From: a virus
Virus genome (UHGV): UHGV-1507039
Length of the DNA stretch: 33,215 nucleotides
Direction: 5' to 3' (one strand)
In this document: positions 9,752 through 22,646 of the stretch, piece after piece
Numbering within the stretch: the stretch's first letter is position 1
Layout of the letters: every line of letters starts with the position of its first letter
Translations under genes and position numbers: made by a program
Notes under the pieces: generated by a model
Told to the model about the DNA's origin: nothing
Databases searched by the model: none
What the model saw: the letters and a program-made list of their open reading frames with translations, nothing else

Positions 9752-11051
9752 TTACACTGGTGTGTTCAGCAAATCGTTAACGGCATCAGATGCCGGGTTA
9801 CCTGCAGCCAGCGGTGCCGGTGCCCCCTGCATCAGACGATCCAGCGCAGTGTCACTGCGCGCCTGTGCACTCTGTGGTGCTGCGGCCAGAATACGGCGGG
9901 CCGTTTCCACGGTCATACCGGGGGTTTCGGCCAGCACGCGTGCCTGTTCTTCGCGTCCGTGAGCCTCCTCACAGTTGAGGATCCCCATAATGCGGCTGTT
10001 TTCTGCCGCAACCGCTGCGGTGATCTGCGCGTTCACGTCCGGCTGCGCCGCGCTGGCGTTTTCGCCCTCCGTCGCTGGCACCACGTCAGTAACGTCAGCC
10101 TGCGAAGCAGTGGCTGAAACAGTTGTTGATTGAGTCTCTTTGGTCATTCGCCCTCCTGAGAGACGGGATTTACGTGCATCCAGTGCATCACGCATGACGG
10201 TGATCGCATCGGTACTGTTAACAAGTTCATCAGCCAGTCCGGCATCAATGGCCTCCTGACCGCTGTACACTGCAGCCTCGGTATCCAGCACAGCCTGCAC
10301 GGACAGGCCGGTATATGCCGACACCTTCTGTGCAAACATCCGGCGGGTTGCATCCATCCGGGACTGCAGTGTTTCCCGGACATCATCCGGTAGATGGCTG
10401 TAGGGGTTGCCATCCACCTTATGGCTGCCGCTGTAAATCAGCGTGATTTCCACGCCCTGTTTCTCCAGCGCAGCACCGTAATTACTGTGAGCCATCATGA
10501 CGCCGATGGAGCCTGTCCGGGCGGTCTGCGTGACCAGACGCCGGGAGGCGGCACTGGCAAGCAGCTGACCTGCGCTGCAGTTCATGTCATTGGCCAGCGC
10601 CCATACCGGCTTTATGTCACGCACACGGGCGATGATGTCAGCGCAGTCAAATGCCCCTGCCACCATTCCGCCGGGCGTGTCCATATCCAGCAGAATGCCG
10701 TCCACCATCGGGTCGCTGGCAGCCTGTTGCAGACGGGCGATAATGCCGTTGTAACCGGTCATCCCCGAATACGGCTGCAGCGCCCGCGTCCGGCTGACCA
10801 GCGTGCCGGAAACCGGCAGCACGGCGATGCCGTTCATGACCTGATAACTGCGGGCCTGTCGTGGTCCGTCATCATCACCGGATAACGCCAGCGTCGCGGG
10901 TGCCTCTCCGGCAGTCAGGCTGTCGCCGGACACCGCATCCGTCAGGCGACTGATCCCAAGCTGGCCTGCAAGCGCACAAAAGAAAACCCGCGCATAGGCG
11001 GGTTCAAGCATCAGCGGCTCATTAAAAGCCATGCTGGCAATATGCGGGAGA

Positions 11052-11071
<20 letters not shown>
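9752..11071 (-). CDS. C: Head maturation protease / scaffold C, with nested in-frame Nu3 scaffold in the 3' part; GTG start
   Basis: Lambda C-like from (V)TAELRNLPHIASMAF; GTG preceded by strong SD AGGAGGAG; ClpP/SppA-like serine protease region. Confidence 0.88.
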
Positions 11072-14752
<3,681 letters not shown>

Positions 14753-14778
<26 letters not shown>

Positions 14779-15298
14779 TCAGCAACCCCGGTATCAGTTC
14801 ATCCAGCGCGGCTGCTTTGTTCATGGCTTTGATGATATCCCGTTTCAGGAAATCAACATGTCGGTTTTCCAGTTCCGGAAAACGCCGCTGCACCGACAGG
14901 GGGATCCCGTCGAGAATACTGGCAATTTCACCTGCGATCCGCGACAACACGAAAGTACAGAATGCGGTTTCCACCACTTCAGCGGAGTCTCTGGCATTCT
15001 TCAGTTCCTGTGCGTCGGCCTGCGCACGCGTAAGTCGATGGCGTTCGTACTCAATAGTCCCTGGCTGGAGATCTGCCTCGCTGGCCTGCCGCAGTTCTTC
15101 AACCTCCCGGCGCAGCTTTTCGTTCTCAATTTCAGCATCCCTTTCGGCATACCATTTTATGACGGCGGCAGAGTCATAAAGCACCTCATTACCCTTGCCA
15201 CCGCCTCGCAGAACGGGCATTCCCTGTTCCTGCCAGTTCTGAATGGTACGGATACTCGCACCGAAAATGTCAGCCAGCTGCTTTTTGTTGACTTCCAT
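14753..15298 (-). CDS. Nu1: Terminase small subunit Nu1
   Basis: 181 aa, lambda Nu1-like (MEVNKKQLADIFGASIRTIQNWQEQGMPVLRGGGKGNEVLYD). Confidence 0.95.
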
Positions 15299-15475
15299 TG
15301 TTCATTCCACGGCCAAAAACAGAGAAAGGAAACGACAAAGGCCCAAAAGCTCGTTTTCAGCACCTGTCGTTTCCTTTCTTTTCAGGGGGTATTTTAAATA
15401 AAAACATTAAGTTACGACGAAGAAGAACGGAAACACCTTAAACCGGAAAATTTTCATAAATAGCAAAAACCCGCG

Positions 15476-15487
15476 AGGTCGCCGCCC
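15476..15487. other. cos: cosN cohesive-end site (12-nt 5' overhang GGGCGGCGACCT on the minus strand); cosB lies toward Nu1, cosQ on the other side
   Basis: Plus strand aggtcgccgccc is the reverse complement of the lambda cohesive end; about 180 bp upstream of the Nu1 start. Confidence 0.85.
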
Positions 15488-15686
15488 CGTAACCTGTCGG
15501 ATCGCCGGAAAGGACCCGCAAAATGATAATAATTATCATCTACATGTCACAACGTGCATCTACGCCATCAAACCACGTCAAATAATCAATTATGACGCAG
15601 GTATCGTATTAATTGATCTGCATCAACTTAACGTAAAAATAACTTCAGACAATACAAATCAGCGACACTGAATACGGGGCAACCTC

Positions 15687-15920
15687 ATGTCAACTAAGAA
15701 CAGAACCCGCAGAACAACAACCCGCAACATCCGCTTTCCTAACCAAATGATTGAACAAATTAACATCGCTCTTGATCAAAAAGGGTCCGGGAATTTCTCA
15801 GCCTGGGTCATTGAAGCCTGCCGCCGGAGACTGTGCTCAGAAAAAAGAGTTTCTCCTGAAGCAAACAAAGAAAAGAGTGACATTACTGAATTGCTCAGAA
15901 AACAGATCAGACCAGATTGA
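15687..15920 (+). CDS. Small ribbon-helix-helix (Arc/CopG/ParD-like) protein, function unknown
   Basis: 77 aa; N-terminal NIRFPNQMIEQINIALDQKGSGNFSAWVIEA fits a beta-strand plus two-helix RHH fold; AT-rich locus next to cos. Confidence 0.6.
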   Translation: MSTKNRTRRTTTRNIRFPNQMIEQINIALDQKGSGNFSAWVIEACRRRLCSEKRVSPEANKEKSDITELLRKQIRPD

Positions 15921-15976
15921 AGCAATTTAGATAATCGTGCAGACTACACCCCTCATATCACATGGAAGGTACTACA

Positions 15977-16387
15977 ATGGCTCAGGTTGCCATTTTTAAA
16001 CAAATATTCGATAAAGTGCGAAATAATTTAAACTATCACTGGTTTTATTCTGAACTAAAACGTCACAATGTCTCACATTACATTTACTATTTAGCCACAG
16101 AGAATATTCATCTTGTTCTTGAAAACGATAATACGGTTTTAATAAAAGGACAGGGTAAGGTTGTAAATGTAAGATTTTCAAAAAATAAATGCCTTATAGA
16201 AGCCACCTTAAAAGGATTCAAATCAGGAGAGTTATCATTTTACGAATACAGGAAAAATCTTGCTACAGCAGGGGTTTTCAGATGGATTACAAATATCCAC
16301 GAAAACAAAAGGTATTACTATACCTTTGATAATTCATTACTCTTTACTGAGAACATTCAGAACACTACACAAATATTTCCGCACTAA
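15977..16387 (+). CDS. ybcV: DUF1398 family protein, YbcV-like
   Basis: From [18 protein letters not shown]; resembles E. coli DLP12 YbcV as recalled; ORF could start 5 codons earlier at 15962. Confidence 0.7.
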   Translation: MAQVAIFKQIFDKVRNNLNYHWFYSELKRHNVSHYIYYLATENIHLVLENDNTVLIKGQGKVVNVRFSKNKCLIEATLKGFKSGELSFYEYRKNLATAGVFRWITNIHENKRYYYTFDNSLLFTENIQNTTQIFPH

Positions 16388-16644
16388 ATCATAACGTCCG
16401 GTTTCTTCCGTGCCAGAACCGGACTCGCTGGCATGATGAAATATGTGTACCCGGTAACCCCGGTGTGCATCGTTTTTGATTATTCCCGCACACTCGCGCA
16501 GAAGGAGTTCCCCGTCGGGCTACGGTCTCTGTTAATACGGGAATACGGCGACGATACAGCGCATGATGTGTCAGGCTTGAATACCTTTATCCTTTAAAAG
16601 GGATATCAGTTAAGTTATCCCGTGTAGGGTATAAGCCATTATCA

Positions 16645-16675
16645 AAGCCACTCTGTAGGAAGTGGCTTTTGTAAT
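16645..16675 (+). terminator. Candidate intrinsic terminator downstream of the ybcV-like gene
   Basis: Hairpin AAGCCACT-ctgtagga-AGTGGCTT followed by a short T-run. Confidence 0.4.
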
Positions 16676-16878
16676 GGCAATAAAAAGCCCCGCGAATGCG
16701 AGGCTAAATCCTGGTATTTGTAATGACTGGCTCTTATCTCAACGCAGCCCCTTACCGCGCGCAAAATGCTCAATATCAAGCATCAGCAATGAGATGTTTA
16801 ATCTGGATTCACTCCAGAAGTGAGCACCACCCTGTCTACAGAGCCAGATGTGAAGGATGATGAGTAAAATTATCGCTA

Positions 16879-17346
16879 TCATCGAAGGCATTGCGTCCTG
16901 ATGTATTCCTGAAGCGTTCTCAGTGCTGTTTGGTCGCGGATAATTCCGTCCCGGATACCGAGAACGTTTCGTCCAGCAACTGGAGAGAGTTCGACGGTGG
17001 CATCATTGCCCATGCCGGAGGCGCTGGAGGTTTCGGCTGAGGATGGCACAGGGCATTTTCCTTTGACGAGCACCCGACCACCATTATCAAGCTTGCGCCG
17101 AAGAGCATCATTTTCAGCTTTCGCATCAGCTAACTCCTTCGTATATTTATCATCGAGTGCATCAGCATCACGCTGGCGCTGCTGCATGTCAGTAATGGTG
17201 GCGTTCGCCTTCTCCAGTTCACTGGCCTTGTTATCGCGCTGTTCTTTGTAGGCGATTGCATTATCACGGTAATGATTAACAGCCCATGACAGGCAGACGA
17301 TGATGCAGATAACCAGAGCGGAGATAATCGCGGTTACCCTGCTCAT
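16879..17346 (-). CDS. Rz: Spanin inner-membrane subunit Rz
   Basis: Start overlaps endolysin stop (ATGA); N-terminal TM helix then coiled-coil; Rz1 embedded in +1 frame. Confidence 0.88.
   Translation of the reverse strand: MSRVTAIISALVICIIVCLSWAVNHYRDNAIAYKEQRDNKASELEKANATITDMQQRQRDADALDDKYTKELADAKAENDALRRKLDNGGRVLVKGKCPVPSSAETSSASGMGNDATVELSPVAGRNVLGIRDGIIRDQTALRTLQEYIRTQCLR
16920..17126 (-). CDS. Rz1: Spanin outer-membrane lipoprotein Rz1, embedded within Rz
   Basis: ORF nested in Rz in another frame; signal peptide with lipobox MVVGC and Pro-rich mature part. Confidence 0.8.
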   Translation of the reverse strand: MRKLKMMLFGASLIMVVGCSSKENALCHPQPKPPAPPAWAMMPPSNSLQLLDETFSVSGTELSATKQH

Positions 17347-17840
17347 TGTTGCCCCCACAAACAGACCTCACGCTCAATCTCACGACGAGTCATCAGGCCT
17401 TTCCATTGCTTACCGCCAGCGTATGCCCAGCGACGTAGCTGGTCACATGCGCCCTTGATATCGCCCTGGTTTATTTTGCGAAGAAGAGTAGATGTTCTGA
17501 AATTGCCTGCGCCCACGTTATAGACGAACGAGTAAAGAGCGCCGCGCGTTGTTTCCGGTATATCGACTTTGATGTACGGGTTAATTTGTCTGGCTACCGT
17601 GGCAAGGTCTTTATTCAGGAGGGCTTTGCATTCTGCTTCGGTATACGTTTTACCGGGAATGATGTCTTTTCCTGTATGCCCGTGACATACAGTCCATACG
17701 CCAACGATATCTTTGTATGGTATGTAGCTGACACCTTCCAGACCATCGTTACCACTTGGGCCAGTGATTAACACTGATGCTATAGCAATTGCTCCGCCAC
17801 CAATAGCAGCAGCAACGGCTTTTCGTAATGATGGAGGCAT
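17343..17840 (-). CDS. R: SAR (signal-anchor-release) endolysin, phage 21 R / DLP12 RrrD-like lysozyme
   Basis: 165 aa; N-terminal Gly/Ala-rich weakly hydrophobic SAR segment then a lysozyme-like domain. Confidence 0.88.
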   Translation of the reverse strand: MPPSLRKAVAAAIGGGAIAIASVLITGPSGNDGLEGVSYIPYKDIVGVWTVCHGHTGKDIIPGKTYTEAECKALLNKDLATVARQINPYIKVDIPETTRGALYSFVYNVGAGNFRTSTLLRKINQGDIKGACDQLRRWAYAGGKQWKGLMTRREIEREVCLWGQQ

Positions 17841-18055
17841 TATTCACCTCTCGCAGCCTTGCGCTTATCTTCTTTAATCTTGAAATAAAGGTTTGTCAGG
17901 TACGTCAGCAGGCCAAATACCAGGCTACCCAGCACACCTATTGCTGCCCACTGTGAGGGCGTGACTTTATCGAGCAGCTGTAAAAACCAGTAACCGGCAC
18001 TACCTGCTGAGGTGCCATAGGCGACACCCGTTGTTAACTTATCCATGGATTTCAT
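17840..18055 (-). CDS. S: Class II pinholin, phage 21 S / EssD-like, with dual-start motif MKSM
   Basis: 71 aa from [26 protein letters not shown]; two TM segments; stop shares one base with the endolysin start. Confidence 0.88.
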
Positions 18056-18180
18056 AACCCCACCTCGCAGACAAAGCGGGTGTAAATTGAGGGAATACAA
18101 CGTATCGCAAAAAAGCAGAAACGTAACAGACTCGGAGTCAGTGAATAACTCAGGTATTGGGTTATCAGCTAATATCGAGA

Positions 18181-18216
18181 CTCAAAAAATGGAAAAACCC
18201 GCTCGACGGCGGGTTT
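18181..18216 (-). terminator. Intrinsic terminator on the minus strand upstream of the holin
   Basis: Minus-strand hairpin AAACCCGC-cgtcga-GCGGGTTT followed by TTCCATTTTTT. Confidence 0.65.
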
Positions 18217-18644
18217 AAGCTGTGTGACGAAGTAACCACTCTTAACAGCATAACCAATTTTTTACGTACGTAAACCACTAAATGATATTTGCGAGAATGC
18301 TACCGAGTATTGAAAACACCACTACGAATACATAAGCAAATCTCAACAAATAACCAACAAATAATTTCCAGCGTTATTTTTAGCTGGTTTAAATTGAACC
18401 TTCAAATTATAGAGCACTTATAAATAACAGCCATTAATATAAATTGACTAATAGATTTATTTTTATTCAGCCAAGAGCCATGAATAGGATTCGATAGAAA
18501 AAAGTTCAGATAAAAATAGAGATCTACTTCACAAATCAAACGAGAAACCAAAACTTACATCTTGAAATAATCACATTGATTAGATGAATATTTATCGCGC
18601 AGTGACATCATTTTTTAATAATAGTTCAAAAAAAAGGGCTCACG

Positions 18645-19727
18645 ATGAAAAAATTAACAGTGGCAATTTCTGCTGTAGCTGCATCAGTACTGATGGCGAT
18701 GTCTGCTCAGGCAGCTGAAATTTATAATAAAGACAGTAACAAGCTGGATCTGTACGGGAAAGTTAATGCTAAGCACTACTTCTCCTCTAATGATGCAGAT
18801 GATGGTGATACTACTTATGCCCGTCTTGGCTTCAAAGGTGAAACCCAAATCAACGATCAACTGACTGGTTTCGGTCAGTGGGAATATGAATTCAAAGGCA
18901 ACCGCGCTGAATCTCAAGGTTCCTCCAAAGACAAAACCCGTCTTGCATTTGCAGGCCTGAAATTCGGTGACTACGGCTCAATCGATTACGGCCGTAACTA
19001 CGGTGTAGCATACGACATCGGTGCGTGGACTGACGTTCTGCCAGAATTCGGTGGCGATACCTGGACCCAAACAGATGTGTTCATGACTGGTCGCACCACT
19101 GGTGTTGCAACCTATCGTAACAACGACTTCTTTGGTCTGGTCGATGGCCTGAACTTTGCTGCTCAGTATCAGGGTAAAAATGACCGCACTGACGTAACTG
19201 AAGCCAATGGTGATGGTTTCGGTTTCTCCACTACTTATGAGTATGAAGGATTCGGCGTGGGTGCAACCTATGCTAAATCAGATCGCACTGACGGTCAGGT
19301 CGCCTATGGTAAGAGCAAATTCAATGCCTCCGGCAAAAATGCGGAAGTATGGGCTGCAGGCCTGAAATATGATGCGAACAATATCTATCTGGCTACCACA
19401 TATTCTGAAACTCAGAATATGACCGTTTTTGGTAATAACCATATTGCAAACAAAGCACAAAACTTTGAAGCAGTAGCACAATATCAGTTTGACTTCGGTC
19501 TGCGACCATCTGTTGCTTACCTTCAGTCAAAAGGTAAAGACCTTGGTGTTCATGGTGACCGAGACTTAGTCAAGTATGTCGATGTCGGTGCTACTTACTA
19601 CTTTAATAAAAACATGTCCACTTTTGTTGATTACAAAATCAACTTAATTGACGATAGTAAGTTTACCAAAACAGCTGGTATTGATACCGACGACATCGTC
19701 GCTGTAGGTCTGGTGTATCAGTTCTAA
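18645..19727 (+). CDS. nmpC: OmpC/OmpF-family general porin, NmpC/Lc-like lysogenic-conversion moron, intact
   Basis: 360 aa; signal peptide ending AQA|AEIYNK; porin hallmarks including C-terminal VYQF; AT-rich; opposite strand to flanking Q and lysis genes as in DLP12. Confidence 0.9.
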   Translation: MKKLTVAISAVAASVLMAMSAQAAEIYNKDSNKLDLYGKVNAKHYFSSNDADDGDTTYARLGFKGETQINDQLTGFGQWEYEFKGNRAESQGSSKDKTRLAFAGLKFGDYGSIDYGRNYGVAYDIGAWTDVLPEFGGDTWTQTDVFMTGRTTGVATYRNNDFFGLVDGLNFAAQYQGKNDRTDVTEANGDGFGFSTTYEYEGFGVGATYAKSDRTDGQVAYGKSKFNASGKNAEVWAAGLKYDANNIYLATTYSETQNMTVFGNNHIANKAQNFEAVAQYQFDFGLRPSVAYLQSKGKDLGVHGDRDLVKYVDVGATYYFNKNMSTFVDYKINLIDDSKFTKTAGIDTDDIVAVGLVYQF

Positions 19728-19864
19728 TCTGATTACGAAAAAGATATGTTGCGGGAGGCTTTGCCTCCCCAACATATAAGTGGCTCCCTCAAGCCACTTC
19801 CTTTAGGAGCACAACCTTGCTTCTAACTATATAAACCTTCTGTTATATATTACCCTTTATTTTT
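19728..19864 (+). ncRNA. Structured porin 3' UTR, candidate IpeX-like regulatory RNA element
   Basis: Two stable hairpins (19744..19777 and 19778..19799) between the porin stop and its terminator; position matches where IpeX was described for nmpC/lc. Confidence 0.3.
19736..19777 (-). terminator. Candidate tR'-like late terminator downstream of Q on the minus strand (same palindrome as the porin 3' UTR hairpin)
   Basis: Minus-strand hairpin ATATGTTG-GGGAGGC-aaa-GCCTCCC-G-CAACATAT followed by CTTTTT, about 140 nt downstream of the Q stop. Confidence 0.4.
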
Positions 19865-19899
19865 GGGGGCGTCTCAACGCCCCATTTTTAATAATTTTT
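19865..19899 (+). terminator. Intrinsic terminator of the porin gene
   Basis: GGGGCG-tctcaa-CGCCCC followed by ATTTTTAATAATTTTT. Confidence 0.75.
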
Positions 19900-19916
19900 A
19901 GTAAACAATTGGCATA

Positions 19917-20300
19917 TTAATTAGAGTTATTAACAACGATATCCATCTCTAACCGGATATCTAATGCCATTAACATCCCTTCAATTATACCCTCAGCCTT
20001 CTGTAACCTTTTCCCGATATAACCATCAGAGCAGCAATGCTTACCTGCCAGTGACATGAATGTCATACCGACTACATAATAATCTACTAATAAATCGTGC
20101 AAATCGCTGTTGTTCTTTTTCAGACGGGCCATGCACCCGCAAATGATCATCGCGTCATCGTCACAACATTGTGGGCGAGATTTTACTTTTGAAGGAATTA
20201 ATCCCTTAAAACCGGCGGCAATGGACGACCAGGTCACATCTTCATGATTATTAGCCGCCCACGCTCCCCAACGCTCAAGAACCATCTGAATATCACGCAT
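19917..20300 (-). CDS. Q: Late-gene antiterminator Q, phage 21 / DLP12 QuuD type
   Basis: 127 aa from [26 protein letters not shown] with Cys-rich zinc-binding region; position between rusA/ylcG and the lysis genes. Confidence 0.9.
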   Translation of the reverse strand: MRDIQMVLERWGAWAANNHEDVTWSSIAAGFKGLIPSKVKSRPQCCDDDAMIICGCMARLKKNNSDLHDLLVDYYVVGMTFMSLAGKHCCSDGYIGKRLQKAEGIIEGMLMALDIRLEMDIVVNNSN

Positions 20301-20385
20301 CAACTTACTCCACAAAACTCAGACCAGAACGCCAATTACAAGCAAAAATCAATAAAACAGTATTAGTTGATTGTTATCTCTGACT

Positions 20386-20526
20386 TCATACTCCTGCTCC
20401 TGTCAGGGTTTTGGCGTAATTCCTCAGTATTCGGTAATCGGTCAAAACAGAACTGGGGAAACGATATAAGCGCAGGCGCATCCAGCGGTGGCGAAGAAGT
20501 TCTACCATATAAAACTCAAACATCAT
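20386..20526 (-). CDS. ylcG: Small protein YlcG-like (46 aa)
   Basis: [46 protein letters not shown]; ATG overlaps rusA stop (ATGA); not in the ORF track because under 60 aa. Confidence 0.7.
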   Translation of the reverse strand: MMFEFYMVELLRHRWMRLRLYRFPSSVLTDYRILRNYAKTLTGAGV

Positions 20527-20885
20527 TCATCTCCCTGTTCAGTGATGGTCAGTTCCAGCTTTCCACCTTTGACAACCGGCATCTTCACAACGCGGTAATC
20601 AACGACCTGAGCATCATCCAACCAGAAACCTGCTTTGGTGAGTGCGTCAAAAGCGGCCTTTTGTAGATTATCCAGGTCACGGCGACGGCGATCCGGCATG
20701 TGACACTCAATGCGGATTTTCACAGGCATAGCCAGGCCGATATCCAGCATTGCGTTTTTAATGATTCGGGCGACGTTTTCGCGGTATGCCTGCCCCTCTG
20801 CGCTGATGTGCGTGCGCCCGCGATTATGGCGGTAATAGCGATTATTGCTCGGCGGCCAGGGTAATGTGATATTGTAGGTATTCAC
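20523..20885 (-). CDS. rusA: Holliday junction resolvase RusA; GTG start
   Basis: 120 aa ([26 protein letters not shown]...), RusA-like; first codon is GTG overlapping the upstream remnant stop (GTGA). Confidence 0.9.
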   Translation of the reverse strand: MNTYNITLPWPPSNNRYYRHNRGRTHISAEGQAYRENVARIIKNAMLDIGLAMPVKIRIECHMPDRRRRDLDNLQKAAFDALTKAGFWLDDAQVVDYRVVKMPVVKGGKLELTITEQGDE

Positions 20886-21010
20886 GCCTTAATAACCCCC
20901 TCTTTCAGCCAGATAACCTGTGTTCTCGCCATACCTTCCAGCGCGCATTCTTTTGCATATGCAGCATCGACTTGCTTGGCATGCCCTTTACCGGCAATCT
21001 TCTGTATGCG
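20882..21010 (-). pseudogene. ybcO: ybcO-like (DUF1364) C-terminal remnant, 42 codons, preceded by in-frame stops; an overlapping 64-aa ORF (20905..21099) in another frame
   Basis: Frame ending ...[25 protein letters not shown] coupled to rusA as in DLP12, but only about 200 bp available where an intact gene needs about 290 bp. Confidence 0.35.
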
Positions 21011-21091
21011 CTAAACCTAGATAGAATCCACTCTGTGCACATTGAAGCCCGCTCTATGCTTCCTTTCAGGTATTGAAGGGATTGAGATGGG

Positions 21092-21439
21092 CTAAGCATT
21101 ATTGGCCTCCTGCATCAGGAGAAAGACAATCATGGCGGCGCGGAGAGGTCTGGTATCAAATATTGGGCTTACGCCTTTTGCATCCACACACCATTCAGTT
21201 AACTGGTCTAAGATAGAAATCCTGTATTTCTCAATAATCGGCCATGAAGCGCTCGGATCATTGCAGTAGTCAGGCAAATGATTTAATGGCTCAAAAGTTG
21301 TATCAGCATTTCCGTAATACCATTTGTTGGTGTTATTCCCTGATGTTTCCGGTTTACTTGCCCAAAGGCCTTTAAAAATTATGTCTCCTACCATTCTGTT
21401 AATTTCAAAATCACTTAACTGTGAATAATCCATTGTCAT
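21092..21439 (-). CDS. nin-region hypothetical protein, possibly NinX/DUF2591-like
   Basis: 115 aa from [21 protein letters not shown]; ATGA-coupled to ninE stop; family name is a low-confidence recollection. Confidence 0.6.
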   Translation of the reverse strand: MTMDYSQLSDFEINRMVGDIIFKGLWASKPETSGNNTNKWYYGNADTTFEPLNHLPDYCNDPSASWPIIEKYRISILDQLTEWCVDAKGVSPIFDTRPLRAAMIVFLLMQEANNA

Positions 21440-21612
21440 TTCCTCGCACGATATCTTAGCCACCGGATATCCCACAGGTGAGCTGTGTAATTGAAGGTTT
21501 TTACGTCAGATTCTTTTGGGATTGGCTTGCGTTTATTTCTGGAGCGTTTCGTTGGAAGGTATTTGCAGTTTTCGCAGATGATGTCGGTGAAACTTCGTCG
21601 CTGTCGCCTCAT
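21436..21612 (-). CDS. ninE: NinE
   Basis: [52 protein letters not shown], lambda NinE-like; ATGA-coupled to the upstream methyltransferase. Confidence 0.85.
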   Translation of the reverse strand: MRRQRRSFTDIICENCKYLPTKRSRNKRKPIPKESDVKTFNYTAHLWDIRWLRYRARK

Positions 21613-22136
21613 GCCGCCCTCCTGACGCCCTGCCCGATCGCCATCAATGCCGCTTTGGATACGGTAGTAAACATCCGTCGAGGACTGATGAACGGTCGCC
21701 AAATCAGCAGCATGGAGCCTTTGCTGTTTCCCTTCTTCTCCAGCCCTGTCGATGGTTCGATAAAATTAATCCGTCCATCAGTGATAATGCGAACTTCGTC
21801 GACACTCTCCAGAGCCTTGCTGAACCATCCGACTGACATATCCTCTGGCACAAGCATAACTACCGTCTGTCGCTGTTGTATGCACTGCTCAGCGGCTTTT
21901 TCCACCCACGGCCTGATATTGCTGTACGGTGGGTTATTCCAGATTGCACCGTGGCTTACCCACTCAGAATTGAGCGCGTCGTCGGCCTCAGTTAGCCAGT
22001 GAGCACACAGAGCATTTTTGTCGCTCGCTGCCGAATCCAGCCAGAATCCAAACTCAATATCCAGTGCATCAAAAAGCCAAAGCGGCGTTTGCCAGCAGTC
22101 CTTGTCGTGTGCTGGCGTATTTGATTTGATAGTCAT
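21609..22136 (-). CDS. Phage Dam-type DNA N6-adenine methyltransferase (nin region, in the position of lambda ninC)
   Basis: 175 aa from [29 protein letters not shown]; catalytic NPPYS (DPPY-type motif IV); ATGA-coupled to ninB. Confidence 0.8.
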   Translation of the reverse strand: MTIKSNTPAHDKDCWQTPLWLFDALDIEFGFWLDSAASDKNALCAHWLTEADDALNSEWVSHGAIWNNPPYSNIRPWVEKAAEQCIQQRQTVVMLVPEDMSVGWFSKALESVDEVRIITDGRINFIEPSTGLEKKGNSKGSMLLIWRPFISPRRMFTTVSKAALMAIGQGVRRAA

Positions 22137-22573
22137 GCAGCCCGATCTCCCCATCTCGCTTTCCACTCCAGAGCCAGTCTCGCTTCGTCTGACCACTTAA
22201 CGCCACGCTCTGTACCGAATGCCTGTATAAGCTCTAATAGCTCCGCAAATTCGCCTACACGCATCCTGCTGGTTGACTGGCCTATTACCACAAAGCCATT
22301 CCCGGCAAGGTTAGGAACAACATCCTGCTGCTTTAATGCTGCGGTAAACACACACTTCCAGCTTTCTGCATCCAGCCAGCGACCATGCCATTCAACCTGA
22401 CGAGAGACGTCACCTAAGCAGGCCCATAGCTTCCTGTTTTGGTCTAAGCTGCGGTTGCGTTCCTGAATGGTTACTACGATTGGTTTGGTTGGGTCTGGAA
22501 GGATTTGCTGTACTGCGTGAATAGCGTTTTGCTGATGTGCTGGAGATCGAATTTCAAAGGTTAGTTTTTTCAT
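22133..22573 (-). CDS. ninB: NinB (Orf-family recombination mediator)
   Basis: 146 aa from MKKLTFEIRSPAHQQNAIHAVQQILPDPTKPIVVTIQERNRSLDQNRKLWA, lambda NinB-like. Confidence 0.9.
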   Translation of the reverse strand: MKKLTFEIRSPAHQQNAIHAVQQILPDPTKPIVVTIQERNRSLDQNRKLWACLGDVSRQVEWHGRWLDAESWKCVFTAALKQQDVVPNLAGNGFVVIGQSTSRMRVGEFAELLELIQAFGTERGVKWSDEARLALEWKARWGDRAA

Positions 22574-22585
22574 GACTTCCCTCTC

Positions 22586-22621
22586 CCCCAAATAAAAAGG
22601 CCTGCGATTACCAGCAGGCCT
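22586..22621 (-). terminator. tR2-like intrinsic terminator between ren and ninB
   Basis: Minus-strand hairpin AGGCCTGC-tggtaatc-GCAGGCCT followed by TTTTTATTT. Confidence 0.65.
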
Positions 22622-22646
22622 GTTATTAGCTCAGTAATGTAGATGG

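Noticed and set aside
16388-16878. Possible bor-like lipoprotein gene between ybcV and Rz
   Set aside because: No ORF with a signal peptide and lipobox on either strand; only hairpins and a 14-codon micro-ORF, so bor appears to be absent.
18217-18644. micF-like divergent small RNA upstream of the porin gene
   Set aside because: A terminator exists at 18181..18216 but I could not find a convincing promoter or similarity to micF; left as a possibility under the terminator finding.
18645-19727. IS-element insertion in the porin gene (as in K-12 nmpC)
   Set aside because: The porin ORF is continuous from signal peptide to the C-terminal VYQF; no inverted repeats or transposase frame.
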